Positions 1 to 13,100 of a stretch of DNA of 64,000 nucleotides are shown in pieces. Location of the stretch: positions 1 to 64,000 of the forward strand of contig JAAILG010000201.1 in the NCBI GenBank assembly GCA_012026655.1, written 5' to 3'. This DNA comes from Hydrolagus affinis (Eukaryota). Made by a program: the position numbers and the translations under genes. Within the stretch, counting starts at the first letter, position 1, and every line of letters begins with the position of its first letter. The notes under the pieces are model-generated. The model was given only the letters and a program-made list of their open reading frames with translations, searched no databases and was not told the origin of the DNA.

Positions 1-142
1 TATTTAGGGAGAACAGGTCTATTAGGCTATGGGGAGCGGGCAGGGCAGTGGGATTGAATCGCTCTTTTCAAAGAGCCGACACAGACTAGATGGGCCGAAT
101 GGCCTCCTTTTGTGCCGTAAAATTCTATGATTCTATGATTCT
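1..142 (+). mobile_element. CR1-type LINE 3' end, (ATTCTATG)n tail
   Basis: GATGGGCCGAATGGCCTCC plus an 8-bp repeat tail; sister copy at 41025-41258. Confidence 0.75.
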
Positions 143-1039
143 AACAGTGACCAGCCTTCAGGGAAAAGGAGAGAGACAGACAGAGGAGGGGAGAGAGACA
201 GTCTAATGTCAGCTATACAATACCTGTTGCCAAGGATTTGAACTTGGCGGGCGGAAGTGATGTCATGGAGGAGATGACTGACTTACCTTCCGTCCGTCAG
301 CCTTGAGCCCACTCCTGGCCGCTCCCTCAAGGTTAGTGAACTCACTGACCTGACTGTTCGGCAACTTGGGATGTCCTCCCAACGTGAAAGGCACTCTAGA
401 AGTGTAATTTTGTTGTGTGTTACAACATCATCTGAGCAGTAGAAGGCTGCTGAGGTGTATGAAATCTCTTTCTAAACACTGCCCTCATCTGGTTGAAGGC
501 TATTGTAAACAGAGAATTATGGGGGATGGAGAGAACAAGTCTATTTATTGCAGCATTTTAAGATCTGGGTCATGCAATGCTGGAATGTATTTGACCCATT
601 TCCACCAGAATATGTCATCTCTACCAGAGTTACAATCATTCTCATTTTTAATCACATCAGAGCTGCTGTGTCAGTAAAATGTCAGTACTTCATTGAAAAT
701 AGTGTACTGTATAGGCATCAGCATCAAGTGTAATGACTTGTATTTTGTAGGTTAACACAGCACCCAATTTTCATACAAGATTGTTCATGTAAAATAATTA
801 TTATACGGCAAAATGGGAAGGAAATGCTAGTGGGCAGATTGTGAAGGAAACCTAAACACTATTCTCTAAAACAGTTTAATTCAGTATATCCAATGATTTA
901 ATCAGAATTTACCATTCTAAATAAAAATTCAAACATACATTGAGCTAGAAAAAAAAGTAGAGGTTCAACCTATTACTGTTTCTAGTTTTACTGTTTCTAC
1001 TTACATAGACGGTGGCTTTACCTGGTTGCATCTTGTTAT

Positions 1040-1530
1040 GCTCTGCAGCCTGTGTCCTCTACCGTTCAAAATCCGTGACCCCATCTCCCCCATCCTCGAC
1101 TCCATTGGCTCCCCATCATCCAGAGGATCCAATTCAAGATCCTGGTCCTCACTTTTAAAGCCCTCCACAACTTTGCCCCTCCCTACATCCGTGACCTGCT
1201 ATCCCCTTACCAACTTGCCTGCCCACTCCGCTCAACAAGCTCTGGCCTGCTCTATGTCCCCTGATCCACCCACCCTACCATTGGTGGACGAGCCTTCAGC
1301 CACTCTGCCCCCAACCTCTGGAGCTCCATCCCGCAGACCCTCTGCCTCGCCCCTCCCTGGCTTCCTTCAAGTCTTGTCTAAAGACTTTCCTCCTCAATGA
1401 ACCCATCGGCAACTCCTAATCCCCACTCCCCTGTCCTCAGCTCGAGTCTGAAGCAGTGACTGTCCAGCACCTTTGGACGGCCTCCTGACGTGAAAGATGC
1501 TATACAAGTGTAATTTTGCTGCTGTTGTTG
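1040..1530 (+). mobile_element. L2-type LINE 3' fragment
   Basis: Degenerate ORF2 C-terminus ([19 protein letters not shown]) and a (GTT)n tail. Confidence 0.75.
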
Positions 1531-1909
1531 TGGGAGGGTTTTCTATAACTGGTACCTTTTTGGATTGGTTTCTACAAAAGTCCAGAAACGTTGCCATTTG
1601 TTTGAATTCAATGCGATGAAGTAAACTACAGTTATAGAATTTGTGTGGTTAAACAGAAAGATGAGTGACAACAATATAAAAATATGACATTTAATTTAAC
1701 ATCCAGATTAATGCCCGGCCGCCTAGTATTCTATTTATACCGTCCCTTTGAGTTTGTCTTAACAATTTCGTCTCCTATGGTATCAACACGGATGTAACTA
1801 CCATTCTCTGGACATCTAAATAACGCAGTTCCCCATGTGAACACTAAACTTTTAAAAAATACTTTCCTTTTATTTGGTGATATTTCAATAATCTGTTCCC
1901 TTTTTACAG

Positions 1910-2652
1910 AATTCTGAGATGAATGGCATCATGAAACCACCTTTCCTGAGGTAAGCGATATCAACTGTAGTTTGTCTCATACTAGAGTATGGTTCCCTCA
2001 GCACTAACAGTCTTGTAATAAACCAAACAAAGAGGCAAAGAGCATGATGCTCAGTCCTTGAACATATTCAAGACTGAGTTAGATAGATTTCTCATTTATA
2101 AAGGGATGAAGGGGTATGGGGATAAGGCAGGTAGCTGGAGTTAGAGTAGAATATCAGCCATGATTGAATAGCGGGGCAGGCTCAATGGGCCAAATGGCCT
2201 ACTCCTGCTCTTATTTCTTATGTTCTTATTAGTTGCCTACACAGCTAAGCCAGGGGTGGGAGGAAAGCATCGCAGATGTGTCTAATCTCCACAAGCAAGG
2301 AAACTGAGGCTATTATAATGCCACTGACTTACCCAGATTGGAGATCAGATAACTCAACATGACCAGGAATCAAACCTGGGGTCTTTTCGTCTTGTGCCAC
2401 ATCATGATTTGATGCTATGATGTACAACCATGAAATGCAAAAGATAAATAAAGCAGGTGGCAATTGATATTTTTCCTGTAAATTGCTGTAATTTTCTCCA
2501 TTGTAAACTGGGATAAATGTCATTAGATTACAAAAAAAACTGTGATAACATATGCTAATGTTTTACTAATTTGTTTCAGTGACGGAAATCCTTTTGCTAC
2601 TGTAAAACTTCGACCAACAGTAACCAATGACAGATCAGCACCGGTTATTTAA
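1910..2652 (+). CDS. BAIAP2L1: BAIAP2L1 (IRTKS), last two coding exons: join(1910..1950,2580..2652); the 5' part lies upstream of the window
   Basis: Spliced translation [37 protein letters not shown] matches the IRTKS C-terminus ([27 protein letters not shown]). AG/GT boundaries, phase-2 junction, tail-to-tail with BRI3 as in human. Confidence 0.92.
2040..2230 (+). mobile_element. CR1-type LINE 3' end
   Basis: GGCCAAATGGCCTACTCCTGCTC...TTCTTATGTTCTTAT; same family as 44125-44298. Confidence 0.75.
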
Positions 2653-5600
2653 AGCATGCGTTACAACTCTTTGTGTAACAGTGGAAACCAATAGATGCCA
2701 TTCTAAATGAATGTAATATATGCAATCATGCCTTCTACACAAATTGTAGTCTTATGCAGCAGATTTGTTTAACATCAAGTTATTTATGCTTCTGTTTAAA
2801 ATTAATTTCTGGATGATGATGGGAGAGAAGACAATCTACTAGTGGAAGAAAGCAGCATTTACAGAAGATCATCATATTTAAATAATTTATTTTTTATTGG
2901 GACGTATGTTCACTGTTTCAAAATGCTGTTGCCACCCAAAAGTCTCATGCCCGTTTTCTGTTTGCATAATACTATAAATAGAAATATGCTCACTTCGCTA
3001 TTTGGTATAGCCAAAAACTATAAACTTTATAGCCTTTTGGGAATCATTCACAAGCCAGGTATGTCTACAGCACATACTGTAGTAGTCAGGGTGCCGGCCA
3101 TAATTTACCTCTGATCGCAAAACAGAAACAGGCCTTGAGCTTTTAGGCAGATGTTGCTGAAACTAGTAATAGACTGGTACATATTTTCCACTGGCATCTA
3201 ATGACAAGGGGAGAGGAAAGTAAGGAGGGTGTAGTTACCAGCCTTATCTAATTAGTTCTACCCGTTCCGATTCTTTTCTCAGGGATGTATGTGTTAATGT
3301 TTCTTTTCCTGCTGCACAACTTTTTTTTCTATCTGGAGATTGTAGGAGCTTGGAATTCATTTCCCCCAAAATGTATAGAATCTTGTCTTATCTTATCCTC
3401 TTCTCCCTCATATTGCATTATAGGCTGTTAGCCTGTCCAGCACCTATACTTTACCTATGATCGTCCAAACACCTTTGTGTACTCACAATTTAATTGCTGA
3501 GTTCAGTTTACCCAAGATACAATTTTAATGTATCAGCCAAAAGATTTAAGAATTTAAATATAATAGGTGGACACCAGTCTTTTTTAAAAGCAAAAATGCC
3601 CTCTTAAGATGAGTTGTGATTTTTTAAAAATACTCAAGTAAAATACAAGACCCTTACAAGTATGTTTATTTTGGCATCTTAGTGAATTGGATTGCAACAG
3701 AACAGAATCTAACAAACTTGCAGTCTTCAATGGCCAGATTCTACTGCAGTACTTGTTAAGTTTGGAAGAGCTTTTAAAAATGTTCAGACCTTGATGTATT
3801 TATCACAGCACTCAGTTTCGTTTCTTATTCCATATCAGTGCCTATCACAAACGCTTTATTCAGGGACCAAAGTGCCATTTCACATCATTGAACGCCGTCA
3901 TTATAAGCTTTATAAAAAAACCTTTCATATCAGCAAACTGAAATTTTCTTGGCTTGTTATATCATTTGATGATTGCAAAATTATTGAGGTTATTTATTTT
4001 TATCTCAGTAGATAGTAGAAGCAGAATTTAAGTGGATATAAAGGCTATTTGCAATCGCCTCTTATTTCATTCTTAATTATTTTACGGTGCATTTTCTTTG
4101 CTTTGCGCCTCTCAGAAACAATGCAGACCAGCGTTTCTGTAGCAGCACAATGTAAACCTTGGTTGCAGCCTGGGGCGAGGGGTGGGGGGATCAGAGCGTA
4201 GTATGACTCAAACTTTGTTGGGGCAAAATCTACCTACATCTGAGATAAAGAGCAACTGAAATCTAAATTGCCCTACACATGTAGAAAAATGATTGTCTAA
4301 CCAGCTCAGTTTGTAGAGTTACATATAAATGTAAAGATGGTAAATGTATTTTAAAATTGAAAATCTAAAGAATAAACACTGACTGTGGCCTAAAACTGAA
4401 ATATAGATAGACGCTGTAAGTGAAACTTGTATATCTGTGGATCTGCAGGTATTTTTGTCCCAGTAGATGTTCCCACAAGTGGATGGCCACCACTTCACAT
4501 CCTCCGGTCACTATTTTTGTGGGCGACTGCCAACTGCTGTCAATGCTTTATTGCAATAGATTACCAAAGTATTCCTGGGCATTCAGCACAGGCAGAACCC
4601 ATACACAGTACTTTTTATGTGAAAACTCAAAAAGGCCTTTGCACCTCTATGCAAAATTGAGCCATATTGTTGTGGAGATGAAGTTGAACGAATATGTAAA
4701 CCTTCTTCAGGTACTTGGCATTAATCTTGAATTCCTGTTCTCTCTGTAAACTGCCATGAAAGCATATGCAATTGTGATATAGTATGGCATTGTTAAGTCC
4801 AAATTATGCAAGGTATTTTAATGTTTCCCACTGTTCTGGGAGTTTGACTGCACTTGGGAAGTATTTGAATGAATGTTTTCTGAATGTGGATGCAACCAAT
4901 TATGCTTCTGGAGTGACAGAAGTTGCATCTGTTTTAGTTTGGGCACAGAGATCGATGACCAAAGGAAGCTTGCATAAATTATCCCTAAAATTGAGCGTTG
5001 CTCAGTTGAGCATTGGAAATTATGTTTTATGTGTAATTAAATTCCTATTCCAGCTGAATGATTAATGCAGTGAGTGCACTTACACAGGGATTTTCCCTTT
5101 AGAAGTATAGATTGTAAGTCAAAGTACTTAGAAAAGAGAGTTCTCACACTTTATTCTAAATGTTTCATATTGTATTCAATTCTAGACTTTAAGGGCTTTG
5201 TGACTCTGTGTTCAAATAAAGGGCCCTCTAGATACCTGCAATTGGGATTCTGAAAACTGTTTCAAAGAAGGCACTTGGTGGGATCATATCATTCTGGTAG
5301 TTAGTCACATATTTTGTTTTATTCCATGGGTGCAAGTGATGTGAGTTCCAATAAAATTAATTTAACTGGACTTTCACTGGTGCCCAATTATCAATTCTGA
5401 GGCCATTGATTTACCAGACTGGTGGGTAGAATGTCCCACGTGTCCATCCTGCAGATAAGGAAAAATTAATCATCACTCTTATCTTTTGGTGAATTACCAA
5501 GTAAAATGGTTAGCAAGGGTCCTTGTCCTCAGGAATCAGGGTTCAGTACACTAAACTCCTGGGATAAATTAGGTTTTGTTAAGCTAATAAAATAGGTGCT

Positions 5601-7550
5601 CCATTTAGGCAGCAGTAAAATTAATGTTGGTGTTTCCTCCACTCAAATCAGTTGATTCAATTGAATGTGCAAGTCTATTAAGACTGGGATTCAAAATCTC
5701 ATCCTAGTTGTGAGCCCCATAATTATCACTCTAGTTACTACAACATGTAATTCAAATTGATTAAAGATTGGGCACTATTTAAAAACTATTGTCCTGGCCG
5801 ACACTCTCCAGATTTAAAAAAAAGTCATTTCACTTCATGGGAGTTTGTAGAATATTATTGTACACAAATGAGTCAACAAATATAGATTCACTGCAATTTA
5901 TAGGAAAAATAAAGCATTTTGATGTAATGAGGGATTATCAAATTCAAGGGATTGCAAGAATTAAGGCCAGAATAACAGAATGCACCTGAATTTTGGAATC
6001 GACCACCAATCAAGAACTTTAGGCCATTCATACTGCCAGTTTATGCAGTGTAAGCATCACATTTCTTAATCTAATCTAGTGGCTGTAAATTTTGCGAAAG
6101 TTTTATTTCAACTCATTCTAATAGAACAATATTAACTCCGCATAGAAAGAACGCACAGCAAATTTATGGAACTTTGCAAGTTCATAGTGACATGGATAAT
6201 GGAACCCTCTATTTACTACTTTATTTTCTATTACAGTATAGTCTTTGTCAAGAATTAAAATGTATCTTAACTAATATAAGCAGTTACATGTTTGTTTAGA
6301 AAGCTAATGCAATATACGGGTCTACAGAATCTAAATAATGTCAAATAAGTAATGGTCTAAATAGTCTCCAACTTTCATTTGAGACCCACTTTCTCATTTT
6401 CTAGCGAACCTCAATGCTTGACTTTTTTTCAAATTGCTAATTATATAACGTATATCAAATGTCTTGGAAAACAATGCCTCTTAATCATATGTAAAGTGTC
6501 TCCTTTGATAATTTAATAAGTTGCACTTCACTGAGTTTATGATTATGTATCATTTTTCTAACTATGACCATAAATTAAAACTATTGTGCATTTATGAATA
6601 TCCTTTTTATGACTTTGCATTCTTAATATTGTGTATTATATCTGATTTGAATGTAATGTAGATTTGAGTGTTCGGGGGGGAAAAAGGAGTGTATTGTTTA
6701 GGTATTTATGGCCAAAATGCTTGACAAAAGCAGAAAATCTCTGGTGGTGGAGTTTTTACATAGGATGCAGTGGCAATTATCTGTCATTAGGTGTTGCTAT
6801 TGTGCTTCCCAAATCGTGTTCAATTATTCCACCTGTTATTTACCTCTGGAAAAATGGGAGATGAAACTGGTTTGTCATATAAAATTTGGGAGCTTGAAAG
6901 AATAGGGAATGTTTGATTTAATGAAAGTCAAATGAAGGTGCATTTGGCAGTGCACTATAGATATACAGAATAATGGAAAATAAAGTAATACTTTTTTATA
7001 TATATATAAATGATTAGAGTACATATATTAATGTAGTTATTAAATAAGTATAATACTTTGTCTCCAATGTTTTCATTGTAAGCTGCATGCCTTTCTGGGC
7101 TCATGGCCTTGAACTGCCATAGTGGTGCTCTGATAAGGTGGTGAGAGGCACGGTTTTCGGAGCAAAGCCAGTCTTCTCTCTGTATGATTAGCATCCCTTA
7201 TTTCTAGCTAGTATAGTCTTGCCTGTCTTAATCAGCCCTATATTTTAATGGTGCATTTTATGTTTAAAAAAAAAATTCTGAAGACAGTTCCAAATATCCA
7301 AACTGGCTTCCATCATGGCAAGGGGAGAATTGCTTGATTTGTGTTGCTTATCTTATTTCCTTATTTGGTACATCCTCAGCAGAGCAGGAGGATGTAGATT
7401 ATATGATACAAGGTTATTGCATATTTTGTATAGATGGTAGTGGCCTGAAGCTGAAGACTGTATTGTAACTGTATCCATAGCTAAAGTGCAATAATCTGTA
7501 TCATACAAATGTTCCATTTTTATTTTGAATAAATGATTTTAAACGTTATG
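2653..7550 (+). other. BAIAP2L1: Probable long BAIAP2L1 3' UTR
   Basis: AT-rich and lacks the young repeats common elsewhere. AATAAA candidates at 4371-4376 and 7528-7533. The true end cannot be determined from sequence. Confidence 0.45.
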
Positions 7551-8637
7551 TATATAATCTTTTTAAACTGCTTTCACTGTACATTGGAAGCTGCTCCCAA
7601 CAGTTTTGAACCATTCACCAATCATGACTTTGCAACATCATGAGTTTTATATTAAAAAAATCTGGAATTTAAGGTATTTGGCTATGAAATTTAGCCAACT
7701 TCATATAAAAATGAATAACTGACTTTTGTATAATGTTCCTACCCAAATGCAAAAGCAAAAAATAGCTTCCAGCTGTCGTCTACCACTTCCTGTGTGAAAT
7801 TACAGATGAGGCAGAATTATATCAAACATTTTGTGACAGTATCAAAATTGTCACATTTGGTTAAATAAAAAAGGAAGTATTCAACCTACTATGGTTGACA
7901 CATACTAGTTCCCTGCTGACTGCTCATCAGATTATGAAAAGCAAGTCTGCCTATGAATGAAATTCAAAAACATGAGGTTAGCATTTGTATTGAAGTTCAA
8001 AATATTTAATTTCTCCATTGCTGTGCTTATAGTCCAGAATAATTAACAGTGGAGACTTGTATGGAACGACCATTTTATCTCCAAGCTAGGAACATTAAAA
8101 TTGTTTAAATGTGTAAAATATCCCCGCCCCTTCTAGTGGTTTCTATAAATGGCAAGTCTCGGTTAAGAATCCTCATACCCTCATGGTGATGCACAGCAAA
8201 CATCCACTAGTATCTGATATTTTGTAGAGCAATGCATGAACAATTGCAGGCTGACATTTCGCCTTTATTAATTTTTTTTCTTTTTTTAAACAAAAACATG
8301 TTGATAGTTTAGACTTATGCTGTGTCAGTGCTGCTTATCTGAAATAAGCTGTTTTATCTTATTGATGAACAGTGAACACGGGTTTCATTCTTGATTTGAG
8401 GAGCACAGTAAACAAAAATGCTCACATTGGCCTCATTACATATGAGTGAGGGAGAAAATGGGACACATGCTCTATTCAAGAGTAAGAAGATTGTCAAAAC
8501 AAATCTGGTTTGTGAATTGAGCAAACATTTCTATAATGTTTTGAAGAATCTTTCATTACTTCATTACTAAACAGCAGTAATATCCAATGAACTTATTAGC
8601 CCATCAATAAAACACAACATAACTAGATTTTTTAAAT

Positions 8638-8643
8638 TTTATT
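8638..8643 (-). terminator. Candidate BRI3 polyadenylation signal
   Basis: AATAAA on the minus strand, followed ~20-35 nt downstream by GU-rich ATGTTGTGTTTTATTG; implies a ~1.4 kb 3' UTR. Confidence 0.5.
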
Positions 8644-10030
8644 TGCAAATGCTATAAAAGGGGAATTTTAACAATGTGTTGGCCACTGCCAGACAAAAAC
8701 TGCAGTTAAATACCAAAGAAGCCATTCACAATCAATATACACATGAAATATGGCATCAGTACATTTAAAAGGCCAAGCTTTCAAATCAAGTGTAAAAGTC
8801 AGAAATATACATTTGTTCTCATACCCAATTACTCAAAATGCATAGATAGTACAATCTGATAGTTTAGCCAAAAAGAAAGCAAATTGTCCAGAAGCAATGC
8901 ACATCAACATTTCAAAATATAGCGCTTTCACCCAAGTTATAATAGCTCTACAGTAAGCTTGGAATTAACTATACAAAAAGTCACTTGTGTTTTATGCTTT
9001 GTGGTCATCAAAGAGAATAAGCTATCTTTCAAATAATTTTTTTTAATCCGGATTCATTGCTGACCACATTTCATGAATTGGTCACTATACAAAGTATACA
9101 GATATGTGAACCACTGAAAGCTGTCTCAGAGTTCATTGTAGCCGCTGCTTTAGTTGGCTGATTCACAGCACTTGTGTGTGATTGTCTCCCCAAGTGCCTT
9201 CCAAATTCAGTGCAGAAAATGGAATGTGTGCAAAAAAATGGCATTATCTAGCAACTCCATGTATCTTTCTATAAAACTGCTTCCATCACCTTGATGATCC
9301 AACTTTAGTGGATCTCCCAATCTCTACCAGTTTATCAATTACCACTCACTCCAAGCAAAAAAAGCAATGCTAGATATATGCAACAATATTGGTGAAACAT
9401 TCTTCAGCACATCAACCCGAGTAGGACCATCACATTCCATGGAGAAAATAAGGAAGACTGAGAAACCAGCGCAGTTTACATTAACACTCTTCATAGAGGC
9501 CAGACACTTAAATTTTACGTGCAAGAGAGAGCAGTAGACATTATCAAGATCTTTAACTAGAGTTTGAGGTTCAAGCAGGAGGTTTCTTTAATACCACTTT
9601 AGTCTGACATTGAACAAATATTTTTATGCATAATTAAAGCCCTCATTGCACCAAATGGATCATTTTCAAGCAAATTATGCAGTGCATAATACAGCACAAA
9701 ATGAGCTCCGTAATTCGTTTTTTGAAATCCAGAATTTGTAGTGCATCCAAACGACTCTTGTTTTCACTGAACTTCTTGGAGAATCAAAGAAGTCCAATTT
9801 TTCACTTGCACATGTCCCTATTAAATTCCATCAGTGTTTGAAAATTGCAATATGTACCCTCTGGAACAAAAATGTAAATAGTCAAGCTGTTATTTTTATT
9901 AAATATCTCTCAGCAGCTAGAGAGTTAAGTCATATAGAATTAAGTAATGGGTGGTGGTTTTATACACAACAGTATAGACTTTACAGTAAAGGAAAATTTG
10001 GCCATAGGTAGCCTAGTCACTTTGTTCCCT

Positions 10031-10163
10031 TTAACCGAAGGTGGCACCACAGTTTGGGCATCTCCGCTGTCGTAATGCCAAGCAAAAGAGGATTCCGATA
10101 GGGAAGAATAATATCGCACACAGCACACCCAGGCATGTAAAGTCATCTTCCAGGACTCCAACC
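10031..10163 (-). CDS. BRI3: BRI3 coding exon 3
   Basis: [13 protein letters not shown]...[11 protein letters not shown]; TAA at 10033-10031. Confidence 0.95.
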
Positions 10164-13100
10164 CTATGTTTTTAAAACAAAAAGAAAAAATGGATGCACA
10201 TTTTACAGTTAAAAAAAACCTGAAGAAATACCACAGAAAGATCCATGTACCAAAGCTTCCAATATTTTCTTTCCCTTGATGGGAGCAATAAACCCCATAA
10301 TCATGTTCAATCAAAATGATTTCCATGAAACAGTTTCCTCCATAGGCTGCAGATCATCCAGAACTCTGCAGCCCGTGTCCTCTACCGCACCAAGCTCCGT
10401 GACCCCATCTCTCCCATTCACGCCCGACTCCTTTGGCTCCCCATCATCTCGAGGATTCAATTCAACATCCTGGTCCTCACCTTTAAAGCCCTCCATGGCC
10501 TCGCCCCTCCCTACCTCTGCAACTTCCTAACCCCTTACCGCTCTCTGCGCTCAGTTGGCTCCAGCCTGCTCCCCGACACACTCATCAGCGAGTGCGCCTT
10601 CAGCCACTGCCTGGCCTCCTAAGTTCCGCTTCACCCTCCTCTTTGACGGTCCCATCAGTTACCCACCCACCTCTCCTTTCCCTCCACTCTCCCAACCCCA
10701 GCTCAGGTCTGAAATCATTGACTTCAGGGGACGCCTTGGGACGTCGACCTGACTTGAAAGATGCTATACAAATGTAATTTTGTTGTTGTTGCACATCTCA
10801 ATGTTTGTGGTAAAGAAAAATATTATGCATTAATCTCTTGCAAACCTTTCTGAATTGTTTCAGAATTCTTTGCCACATCAACTTTGAGACGTGCAAACCA
10901 CTTCATGGACTTTCTTCACTCTTAAGCAAATAATTTGGCACTCGTTATTTCTGTTGTTATGCACACTTTTTAAACATAATTGTAGATTCTAGTGCATTTG
11001 CCACCAATGAGAACAAATCAGGAAACATGACAGCTTGCAGACGGAGCTTTGCCTTAGTGACCTATTGTAACATATGAGGTTTAGAAGAGATTTATGCTTC
11101 AGTGTGATTATGGATGCTAACCCATTTTTTTAATGCTATGTAAAATACTCTTTTAGCCCTTTTTAGAAGTCACTTTGTGTTGCAAAATGTCTGTACATGA
11201 AGTGACTAAACACTTCAATGCTCTCCCCATGTGATTAAAGTTCGCCCTGATTTACAAGAAGTCAAGTGATTAACAAGAACTCTTGGCACAGCTATTATCA
11301 TGGAATACTACCATTGGCCACTAAAGTAAGGCGCTTGTCTACACATTATCCTACTTCCTGATTTGCTCTCGCTTTACACCCTGCCCCCAACCAATTAGAA
11401 TATTGCAGCATGTTGCGGTGAGGAAAATAGAAATGACAAGTTTTGACTGGGAGTCAAAGCTGGAGGCAAATGCTGTGGATTAATTCACTAAATAGTAGCA
11501 AATAATATTAAATTAATTTAAAAGTAAACCAATGCAATTCATTTAATGGTAAAGCAATGAATTCAGCCTCAAATTCAGGTGATATGTTCTTTTCCCCAAA
11601 AAAACAAATCCTATTGGGATCTAATTCTGTCTTGTTATATTTGTAACTTGGGATGAGCGAAGCTAAGTCTGCCAATGAAATGCTACTTGTTTAAAATGGC
11701 ATCAAAGGGAATGTGCAGGAGCCTAGTGTCCTCAGGTGATCCCAGGCAGCAAATCAAATTGTTCATCCTAGCTCTTGCCTGATTGAACTTTGGTTCATGT
11801 AGGTGGAGTCTCTGTATGTTATTCTAGCACCACATATGAAGCAACATAAAGAGTGAGGAAAGTCCACATTTAAGAGCCCAAACTTCAAAAAACAAAGTAC
11901 ACAGAGGGAGTGGGAGAGGGAAATTCACTCAAAAAAATCTCCACTTTATGATGATGTCTGTGAAGCACTTCAATAAGTCCTTCCAATATGAAAGGTGCTG
12001 TATTAAATGTGATCATTATTAAAACTTGCCTTGCACTAAAGGTCGCTAGTTTCAACAATTAAATACTTAATTAACTCCTTCATTCATAATTGCAATACAA
12101 CATGGGACAAAAGCAAATAAATTTACTCATTTTTGTGTCAACATTTACAGGAACATTTCAAGTGGTAGATATGACATACTTTTAGGACAATGTAACACAG
12201 GGTAGTACTTTTTACTAGGATAGGGCTATTTTAATGTTATTAATGTTATTTGATCACATACCTGCAGGCTATTACCATTAAATATTACAATGATGCACTG
12301 GGAAAGGAGAAAGGGAGTTCCTTCCATTTGATACTGGCATTAGGTAACACATCATTTGATACTGGCATTATGTATCACTTACAAAACAATTACATTGATT
12401 GTTCTGATGCACTTCTCATTCTGTCCCACCCAACCCCTCCCCCAACCCAAATATCTATTGATAAATGTAAAAAAAGAAACAACTGGTACATTGTCTATAA
12501 CAAAAGATCCTTTTGCTTTTATCCAAAGGACTTCCACTAGAAATAGAGAAGTGACACAATGAAACAATGGGTGCAGCAGTGACTTCTTTGCTGTTGTGAA
12601 ACACAGAACAATCCCACCTCCTGTGGTCATTACAACGAGCAGCTGCATTTATTTGTTCAATCGTGAACTTTGGACCAACAAAGAGTCAATCTTGGAATTG
12701 CTCAACTCCTGGATGGATCAGACAGTTAAACAATCGGTTCTGACGCAGGGTTGTAGACCCGAAACATTGACTCTTTTTGCTTTCTCCATGGATTCTGCCT
12801 GACCTGCTGAGTTTCCCCAGCAACTTCTGTTCTTGTTAGTGAAACAATAATCCAATTAGCAATTAACTTTCCCCAGAGTCAAGACAGTTCTTGGGAATCT
12901 GCTGCTAGGCCAATCCCAAATTTCCACTTGACTAAATTCCAAGCTGTTTCAGTGCCTCTCCACAACCAGCACCACAGAGGAGCTATTGTAGAAAGATAAA
13001 TCCCAGAACATTAAATAATAATGATAATAATTCTTACATTTGATATAGCCCCTTATCACTGCTTCGAGATGCCTCAAAGCACTACATCAAATGCAAGCAT

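Noticed and set aside
8124-8139. CTCF-like CCACTAGAAGGGGC between convergent 3' ends
   Set aside because: The G-rich half is out of register with the consensus.
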